The position numbers and the translations under genes were made by a program. The notes under the pieces are model-generated. The model did not search any database. It was not told the origin of the DNA and saw only the letters and a program-made list of their open reading frames with translations. A stretch of DNA of 64,000 bases from Botryllus schlosseri (taxonomy: Eukaryota), in the NCBI GenBank assembly GCA_051294905.1, contig CM119372.1:27096001-27160000 (forward strand). The letters are read 5' to 3'. Of this stretch, positions 41,781 to 51,700 are shown in pieces; within the stretch, counting starts at the first letter, position 1; each line of letters opens with the position of its first letter.

Positions 41781-42348
41781 CAGGGTTGTAACCAAGTCAC
41801 AAGGCTCCGAGTCACAAGTCATTCTCACTTTTATAGTTTTGACTCGAGTCAAGTCGAGTCGAGTCATAGTCATTTCCCCACCGAGTCAAGTCCGAGTCCA
41901 AGTCAGCGAGCAGAGGGTCGAGTCCGAGTCATGGTATTATGACTCGAGTTCGAGTACAATTAAGTCATTGTGTTGATTTCTCAGTTTCCAGTGAAAGTCT
42001 TGTTAAACCTACTTTTTATAACTATGTTTGGTGATATCGAATAGTTCGCATTCAAAATATACTAATTTGTCTCACTGTTAGCAGTTTCTGGTCGCATTTT
42101 CAAGTACCATTACCAATAGACGAGCTCCCAATAGTGTGGTTACTTCACTAGTCTTCGAAATTACAATGAAATGTCAGTCTTGGCCGTCTGAGTCTCGAGT
42201 CATATGACTTGGTTCGAGTCATGCGCAATGACCCGAGTCCAAGTCGAGTAAAGTAATTTCCGTATTTTGAGAAAAAGACTCGAGTCAAGACGAGTCACTA
42301 GAAAATCGTGACTCGAGTCGAGTCATGACTCAAGTCATTACAACCCTG
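41781..42348. mobile_element. hAT-type MITE, GACTCGAGTC family
   Basis: TIR CAGGGTTGTAA, degenerate TSD. Homologous to 5616-6091, ~52030-52220 and 56501-56936. Confidence 0.85.
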
Positions 42349-42479
42349 TTCACATGGTATATTTAAAAAAAAAAACGGCTTAATGAAGCTCAATGTAGTA
42401 TATAGGCAAGTTGGCAGTGAAATTTGCATCCAATAAAACTAGCATGATGATGTGATATGATTTTTGTGGCGTATTGAAC

Positions 42480-44600
42480 CGGTGGCATGACAGACTCGAT
42501 ACGGTACCAAGAACACCTCACAAGACGAACGAGAAAGATTTCGACGCTTCAGAAATCTCATCGTCCATCATATCTCCAAGGCAAAAGCGAAAGCTAACGT
42601 GAAATTCTTCAACAAACATAAGAAGGACACTCATAAAACCTGGTCAAGAATTAAATTGCCCTTGCACCACAAAAAACCCCCCAGGTCTGTCTCGCAAATC
42701 ACGAACTCGACTATACCGGGGACAATCTGACAGATCCTGCGGTCATCTCAAATTACTTCAATGACTATTTTTGCAATGTAGGGCCTAATATCGCCTCATC
42801 TATTTAGAAACCACCTAAATGCGTCGGCCAGGCCTGAGGTTAAATCAGTATCCCAATCCATCATGCTCGAGCCTTGCCATTCATATGAGCTTAAATCTAA
42901 CAAGGCAGTTGGATATAATATAATTCCAGCCTGGTTTTTAAAACTGATTAGCCTACACATCGGCCATCTCAATGCCCAAATTTTCAATTTCATGATAAAA
43001 ATGGTGTCTATACCCAAATTATCCCGGTTTACAAAGCCGGGGATAGAACTAATGTCACCAACTACCGACCTATATCTGTCCTACCGTGTATTGGAATTGT
43101 GTTCGAAAAATTGCTCCTCTCCCGCCTATTTTCGTTCCTCTCCAAGATGTCTATCATTTCTCCACAACAATTCGGCTTCCGCAAAAAGCATCAAACAGTG
43201 GCTGAACAGTACTATGACATCTTGGAGAAACGAAGTGTGGGGTGTAGCATTTTTCTTGATCCAAAAAAAGCGTTTGACTGCGTCGATCACAGTATTCTTC
43301 TCTCGAAATTGGCGCGCTACTGGTTCCGGGGTCCACAACTAGAGCTCTTGAAAAGCTACCTGACTGGGAGATATAAAATGGTTCCGATATCCGACACTTT
43401 GTCCTCTCCCCACCTTGTTACCTGTGGTGTTCCGCAAGGCTCTGTTCTTGGACCGGTCATTTTTACTTTATATGTCAATGATATCTTTGAAACCTCATCA
43501 TTGAATACCACACTGTTCGCTAACGACAGTCACCTCCTCTCTCACGCCCCTACTATCGCAAGCTTGAATGCCGTCACCCGTGATCAAATGCCCAAAGTGC
43601 ATGACTCGACGTCCCATAGCCTTCGGGTTAACGCTGCGAAATCCCAATTATTGGTCGTGAACTCCTGCGACAACCTAACCGTTGACATCGCTGGCCAACC
43701 AATTTCCAACACTAAAAATGACAAATACCTTGGTGTCGGGGTTCGGACATGACCTGGAAGAGTCACATATACAATCACTCAAACCACAACTATCGAAGGT
43801 ATGTGATCTGTTTCGCCTTAGCTACACTCTGCCAGTCAGTGTGCTGTTGATGCTCTTCAACACTCTATTCCTATCAAAGTTACAATGCGGAATTCTTTGT
43901 TGGGGTGCTGCCTGCAAGAATGCGATTGACCCACTGCAAAAACTTCAACATCGGAATCCGTATCATTGCCAAAACCCCACGGGGGCCTGGATGTGCAACT
44001 GACAAATCGCTTCTCAAAAGATTTGGTGTTCTAAACATAGAAGATATCAGGAAGCTAAAAATTGCCAAGTTTATGTATCAGTTCCATTGCGGGCAATGTC
44101 CCTCAAATTTCAACGAATACTTCACCTCGCAGTCAAAAGTGCACAAATACAGCACACACGCGTCAACGAAGAACATGAACTACCTTATGATCAGGACGGA
44201 ATACAAGAAAACGCATTGCTCTATCAAGTATGCCGGACCCCAATTGTGGAACAGCATCTCGCCGGCTATCCGACAGTCGTCGAGCATGTCCGCATTCAAG
44301 TCGAAATACAAACAATTTCTTCTATATCAATACTAACCAGCCTCCAGGATTACCGGGCCACGACCTAACATCGACCTCGCCCTCCGCCGCATGCCACCTC
44401 ATTTTGTCGCTTGCGTCTTATATTCTCTGCATTACTTTTCATTCAGTGTGCATGCCCCTTCTTTACTTCGCCTAGGCTAAGGTGGGTGTCTGATCTTAAA
44501 GGCTACTCCAAGTTGTTTCGACACCTTCCTATCTTTTCATTGTGTCGCAGTCTTGCGATGTTTTCAAATGATGAAAATATTAATAAAACTGATTGATTGA
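42480..44600 (+). mobile_element. 5'-truncated, frameshifted non-LTR retrotransposon (L2/CR1 group) reverse transcriptase
   Basis: Motifs across frames: KKDTHKTW, TNYRPISVL, QFGFRK, FLDPKKAFDCVDH, GVPQGSVLGP, LFANDS (decayed FADD), KYLGV, SIKYAGPQLWNSI. 3' UTR ends in AATAAA plus a (GATT)n tail. Confidence 0.92.
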
Positions 44601-44875
44601 ACTAATAAAAATTGTTAATAAACCGAACCGAATCATCATCATCATCATATGATCATATTTTGCCAGAGTGGGTGTTGTTTGGGTGCAAGCCTATAGTCGT
44701 TTCGTCCTATTCCTATTCCTATCTTTTCATTATGTTGGAAATAGGAATTCTGTTTGTATTAGGCTTTTTTTTGATGAAATTAATAATAAACGAATGAAAT
44801 GAATATTCCCCTAGCGAGCATGATAATTCAAAATCCTTCTCGCGCGAGGGCACACTTTATCTTTTCCCATGTAAT

Positions 44876-45122
44876 GTTGCTATGCGACACTTCATGCTAG
44901 TTGTGCTTGTGCCATCCGTTTAATTATGTTCTATTCTGGAAATATGGCTAACGTTCCATGTAGCGGCATTGCGTCAGGCTAATTATGACTGGATTTGTTA
45001 AGTAAATATGCAAATGGTCTCGAAATTGCCTGTTCATGTTGTAGGTACCCATTACCTTCCTCAAGTTTAAATCAATCGAAATTATGGTGCATGTTGTTTG
45101 TAGGCTAGGCAACGCCACTACG
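44876..45122 (+). promoter_or_regulatory. Putative ccdc24 promoter with RFX X-box-like sites and a non-coding first exon
   Basis: GTTGCTATGCGAC (44876-44888) and TAGGCAAC (~45106-45113) resemble X-boxes. Candidate donor G|GTATGT at 45122, with acceptor candidates at ~45690-45696 before the ATG. Confidence 0.35.
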
Positions 45123-45759
45123 GTATGTATGATGACTGGGTTGACTTGTATATTCCCAATGGAGTAGCAACACTAAAGCACTTCAAACGTTTCGAAGTTG
45201 GTCACTTGCGTCAGATTGCAAACACTGAAATACCAGCTGTCACGCGATGGAAATTCCCATCACAGACAAGTGGAAAAGTAACCGTACCTTGATTCAAGCA
45301 CTGTCGAGATAGACGAGAATATTGACCATTTCCGAGTCTGGCATTTTTCTGTTGCTTAAGTCATCTTTATACAATGAGCTTACAACAATAGCTCGTGACG
45401 TTGTTACGAACTTATCTCCCAGTCTGTATAAGTCTTATGGTTGTCCCAGTAGAAATGACTGGTGCCTGTTATAAATTCAGTAGGCCTTGTCTAAGTGGGT
45501 GGGCTGGAAAGGACTTGAAAGGCCTATGCCGTTACATTCAGTCAAATGGACCTAGCTATGTCCCAGTATATTATTGAGTGTTAATCAAGGGACACCGGCT
45601 ATATAGGCCAACACTAGCCTAAATATTAGGCATTTGAACTTATCAGACAGTTGATTCATATCTCAATAACAGATCAACTACTTGTGCACAGCACAGGTGA
45701 TTAGGCTCGTAGCTGTGCCTAAATGCTTCAACTGTGTTGGGTGAAACCTTCAATATGTC

Positions 45760-48700
45760 ATGGAAAGTAAGAATGCATACACACCACCTTTATGCGTGTG
45801 GAAAGTTATTGAAGATGCAGCATCCCCAGAAAAGCATTCCGTGATTCGCTCTCTACTTGGAATATCGAAGCTGGAATATGCTGCTGATTTGAGGAAAGAG
45901 GTCGGTACAACAACACGCAATCTTTGTCTGCGTGGTTGTATATGTATGCTACTGCGTATTCTCCCTCGATTGACCAATTGACGACCTGGTTAGTCTCGAC
46001 TTATAGCATATGGACGGGCTATCTCATAGACCAAGGGTCTCCAACTCGAAATGGGTAGCGGGCCATTTTCCCAACCTGATAGATCAGTGGTTCTCAAACT
46101 TGGTGGTGTGAAAGCCTCTGAGGGGAGGCGCAAAGCCGCCTGTGAGAAGAAATGATGTTTCTTGAGCTCGGAATGCATGTTATTTGTGCTGAAACTTCCA
46201 AGTCCAGAAATGGCAATAATCCTAAATATATTTTGATTTTAAATGTCATAATTGTGTCGGTACTCCCACATAGTAATGCCAGATTTTCACTGATGCCAAA
46301 CCTTGCACTAATCAGAAGATGTCCCTGACTGAAGGATTACCAGTGAACTCGGCACTTGGTGTATTCGGCCGCACAAACTCGGCACTTGGTGAATTCGGCC
46401 CTTGGTGAACTCGGCCCTCGGTTGGGGGAAAGGGGGATTGAAGGTGGGTTAGGGTCAAAGTTGGGATAGGGTATCATCCCAAGATTAGGGTTGGGGGATA
46501 TTAGGATTAGGGAAGGGGGGATATTAGAGTTGGATATCGTGTCCCTCACCCCAACCCTAATCTTGGGATACCCTAACCCACCTCCAATCCCCCAGCCCTA
46601 ATATCCCCCCGCCCACAACCCTAATATCCCCCTTTCCCCCAACCCTAATCTTGGGATACCCTACCCCAACCGTAATATCCTCCTTTCCCCTAACCCCTAT
46701 ATCCCCCTTTCCCCAACCCTAATATCCCCCTTCCCTAATCTTGAGATACCCTAACTCCAACTTTGACCCTAACCCACCTCTAATCTCCCTTTCCCCCAAC
46801 CGTAATATCCCCCTGACCCCCTCCCATAACCCTAATTCCCCCAACCCTAACATACCCCTTTCCCAACCCTAATAATACCCCTCACCCCACCCTAATATCC
46901 GTCTCTCCAAAAGGCACGAAAAAGCAATTTATTTTGACGTTTATGTATTTTTGTTCGGGTTGATGGGGAATATTTGTTGGTATCATGGGGGAACACTGCC
47001 TCTCTCCGATCGTAAAACGAAGAAGCGCCCAATCTTCCTCCACCATTCTCAAGTACTCTTCTTGTGACATAATAGCTTGTGGGCCACAAGCGATGTGCTG
47101 CCAGATGCTGCACTCATCGCATTTCAAGGCAGCTTCGTTATTACGTAAAACACAGAGATCCATCTTCTCAAAAGTCGTACGTCGGTCCCTCGCCAATTCA
47201 AATCCACACTGAGCCGACCACGCGTGGTCGATATGTGAACGTCGCGTTATCTCCCGCGCTTGCGCAATCCGTGATCTAATCACACCGTGACTGCGTGATC
47301 TAATCACGCCGTGACTGCGTGATCTACGCATGCCCTGACCTCCTTACAAGATTGACGAATCACTTGATATTACTATAATTCTTATTAATAGCTGTTAATA
47401 CACTTTATTACAAAATTTCTCGAGGGCCGAATTCACCAAGGGCCGAATTCACCAAGGTCCTAGTTCACCAAGTGCCGAGTTTGTGCGGCTGAATTCACCA
47501 AGGTCCGAGTTCACCGGCAACCGACTAAAGTGTTACTGGTGAAAATACATTAGTTGTGCGATTGGTTTTTGATTTGGCTTATGGCCATGTAAGTTTGAGC
47601 TAAGCTCCAAGTGGGGTAATAGAAGGGATTAGGCACCAAATCTCTAAAATGTCTATGTGCTACCATTGCACTTGATTATGTTTAACAAAGGTATTCAACT
47701 AGAAATTTTTTTGCTTTCTGCGCAATTTACCTCCAGCTCATAATTACTGCTCTGTGTTATAGACACCTAATATTCTTTAGGCTACCTGATTAGCATCGTA
47801 GCACTTGGGTAAAAAGGCAGTAAATTTAGGCTTCGCTCGTTCAGACTCCAGAAAACGTTGTGTTATATAATAAAGAACTTTGTTAATTGTGGCAAACTAT
47901 GTAGAATATAAATTATTATCGCATGGCTACTCCTAGTCGTTAACTACTCCTGAACCGGTGATGAGACAGATGCGCCGTGGCATTTAATGAGTTTGGGGAG
48001 TCAGGGCGAGGTCGATTAATTCTCACCGGCCGAAATGGTGATATTGATCAATAATTTTAAAGTATAATTATTTAAAGCAATAGAAATACAATAATCATGT
48101 GTATTTTTCCAAAATCTGAAACCACGCCGTGGGCTGCATGTTTAGACCCCTGTCATAAACACATACAGCATGTCCACAGTCAGCTTTGCACTATTTAAAA
48201 CGATTCGCCATCACAGGCCTATCTCGTGATGAAAACATGTGGAAAAAACATCAATTTGCCATTATTGCATGCCTGGAACTCGTCATGGCAAAGGGACAAA
48301 ATTTGGCAAAAAATGTTCATTTTAACAGGCCTAGTGCACACACCATCTATAGCAGGGGTTCTCAACCCGCGGCCCGCTGACGTTTATTTTGCGGCCCGCG
48401 ACTTCTTCCATTATGAACACAATTATTCTACTGGCACATCATTCTTACATATTAATTAGGTTTCTTAGCTCTCTTATCGCACCGTCTCTGTTTCGTTTGA
48501 TTATACTCATTCTTTAATGTGTCCCGGTTTCTTGATATATGCTCGGGATTGGATTCTTATTGTTTGGAATCGGTATTCGGCTCGACTCGAGTTAAAGAGA
48601 ATTCCGCTGCGTAGTACAGTTTTGAAGAATGTTTCACTCACCGCGTATGGTTTGAACAGAAACAAGAGCAGGGAGCGGGAAATGCAACGGCGAAAACTGG

Positions 48701-51700
48701 GTTTATAACTCTGCGTGGAACAATGAATTTGCTCTCTCAGATACAAATGGAAACGCGATGTGTCATATTTGTCGAAAATCAGTTGTCATAATGGAGCGTA
48801 GAAGCTGAAAATGATACCACGGGAAATTCGTCTGGATACATATCGGCTACTCTTGGGAAAAAACGTTGCAAGCTAGGTGTCAAGCCCATCAATCCTAATT
48901 TTGAGGCATTGTTAAAATTGCCGACGACGTTGAAGACGCAACGTTCAAAATTACTTGGAACGGGGCCTACGATATCGTACATCTTACATCGTACGCCCCG
49001 CTTGGAATATTGCTAAGCCCAAGAAATCTACCAGACAATTTCAATGAAACTTTAATGTACTGTTCGAATATTCGCTGTTTCCGGAACTTAACAGCAAGGG
49101 CAACATCACCTGACTAATTTAGAAGCTTAAGTCAGTTGTGTGATTCAACCTTGGCCAGGAGAGTAACAGTAATCTTTTGACGCATGTTCTGAAACACGTT
49201 GCGGCGTAGATTACTTTAGCCTAGCATTGGACGAAGCCACCGACTCCACAGACATTACATAGCTAATAATTATCTGGGTGTATTTTATCAGAGTGGACGT
49301 ATGTGCAGGAAATGCTGCCAGGGCATACGTGGGGAGGGGACCAGCAAATACATCAATTTGACAAAGCTGACTTCTGTAACTATTGGTACAGGGCTCCAGC
49401 CATAGAAGGAATGGAGAAGGGTTGATTGGTTTGCTCAGAAATGACCCCGAACGCCAGACGTCTTCTCATATCACTGAAAGCTCAAAGTGATAATGGCCTC
49501 ACAAACAAAAAAGTTACCATAATATCAAGCTTTCTCACTCGAACATTGAAACAGGGGGTTCGGTTCTCTGGTTGAAGATTTGCACATTGCACATACTGAC
49601 TTGGCAACGAACGCAATGCACGCTCCAAGGAGGGATTCACTTGGGATTCACATTCATAATAATCTTCTCACAAGAGACAGCAGCTGCAAACACACGAAGG
49701 CTGTCTATTAAGGCTTTAGAATTCATAAAAAACTACTTATGCCCGTATACGACTTGTTAATAGGGTACAGTAGCCTAAATTTAATAGTAGCCCACAAATG
49801 CACGGTAATAATGGTCTGCGGCCCGCGGCGTTTTTTGCTGTTAAAATGCGGCCCGTGATGCAAGGGAAGTTGAGAACCCCTGATCTATAGTTTCACTCTA
49901 TAGTTATGTGAATATATCAAGACAACTAAACGAGGTTTGAAGACACTTGATAACGATTCCTTAGTCAATTGTTCTGAACTAGTTCAACTGATAAACATCT
50001 TGAAATTACTGTTTTTCTTTCAGCTGGAATCCCTCATTGAGATTTGGTATGAGCTGAACTCCGAGAAGCAGCTCGCGACAAGATACCGTCGGCAGACACA
50101 CCTCGGCCTACCGGAACCACCAAAGCAACGTGAAATGCTTGTGGCAGAAATACATTTGCTATTAGAGGTAGGCTGTATATTTATTTTTTTTCGGATTCCA
50201 AGGATTCACTGATTAAATTGTTAGGTTGCCTAAAAATCGCTGCACACCAAATTTGGCTCAATTCCAACCTGTAGCCTACAAACTGCCGCAGAACCAATTA
50301 GACTTTTTGACTTTATTAGAAACAATTTTGGTAATATTTTCAAATTTTACTGTCAACCCTATGAAATTGTGAAGTTGCGTAAAAGAACGATGCATAAAAA
50401 TTTATGATCACTTCCCACAGGTAGAAGCAACTTAACAATTTCATGGAATTGACAGTAAAATTTGAAAATAGTTTTCAATTATTTTTTGATAAATTCAAAA
50501 ATTTCAATTGGTTCTGCGGCGGCTTCTGCTGGTCGGAATTGAGCCAAATTTGGTGTGCAGCCTTTTTCTAGGGAACCTAACAATATAGGCCAAATCAGTG
50601 AATCCCCGGAATCTGGGAAAAAAGTTTATTTTGAACAACCCTTCCGTGTATTTCATGATAGGTGTTGTTGCCTGATGTCGTCGGCGATAGTGCGATAGTG
50701 ATGGGAGCAGTGAAAAATGGCACTACTTATGATATAACCTTGGAGTTTTATATCTCTATCCTCTAAGCACCTGTACGGTGTGAGTGAAAATACTTGAAAT
50801 TTCTCAAAAAATAAATACGATTGAATAAAGGAGTTTCTAATATTTTGGTAGTGTTCTGTGACCGAAATGAAATGATCAAAAATTTCAAATGAAGCAATAC
50901 TGTAACATAATAGTGGCGACAAAGGTTGCATTTCAAATGGATAGTTGAAATCGAATCCTTTTGCTAACATCATGATATCCATTTCATCAATAGGTAACTT
51001 TACGCTCTACGACACAGGCATACGTTTGTTTCATCCAACGATAATTCTTTCTCAGAACTTACGAGACAAAGAAAATGGCGGCACAGACTTCATCCCAAGT
51101 GACTGTAATGAAGATGTTATCAATTACACCAATCATATTGTAGGTAGGTCGATATTCTGTAGGCTTAGAGCAGGCGGTCTCAAACATACGACCTGGTATA
51201 CGGTTTCATGTGGCCTGCTAAGCAATTCCGAGTACGGTATATGAAAAAAATTATTGGATTATCCAGCACATTTCTATCCAAGATTAAAATACATTCATGT
51301 AGGCTAAATGTAGCCTCTATATTGCAACGACAAGATGGCTTTGTCACAATGCATATGTAGTGCCGACATCGCATCACGACTAACACAAAGGGAGCATAAA
51401 AATATATCAAATTAAATCATCGTGGCCTGCAAGTTAGAGTCATTATTTTAGCGGTAATAAAGTGTATTCAACCAGCCTCGTATTTTGCCACTTCATTTGT
51501 TTGCGACCATAACGTGTTGCCAGAATAGAGCCCTTATTATCGGTAATATATATGCTTGATAAAGAGGCATTCCACTGAAAAGCAAAGGTATGGATTGAAA
51601 GGTGCAATTTTGGCATCATTTGACTGGTCAAATGACAAGTGATCAAATCTTTTGAATCCAGCCCACGACCCAAATTGACTTTGACATCCCTCTCTTACAG

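Noticed and set aside
42863..44336. Functional reverse transcriptase gene or novel RT system
   Set aside because: Multiple frameshifts, catalytic FADD changed to FAND, and 5' truncation: an ordinary dead LINE.
46543..46900. True or interstitial telomere
   Set aside because: The CCCTAA units are degenerate, non-tandem and enclosed by transposon TIRs.
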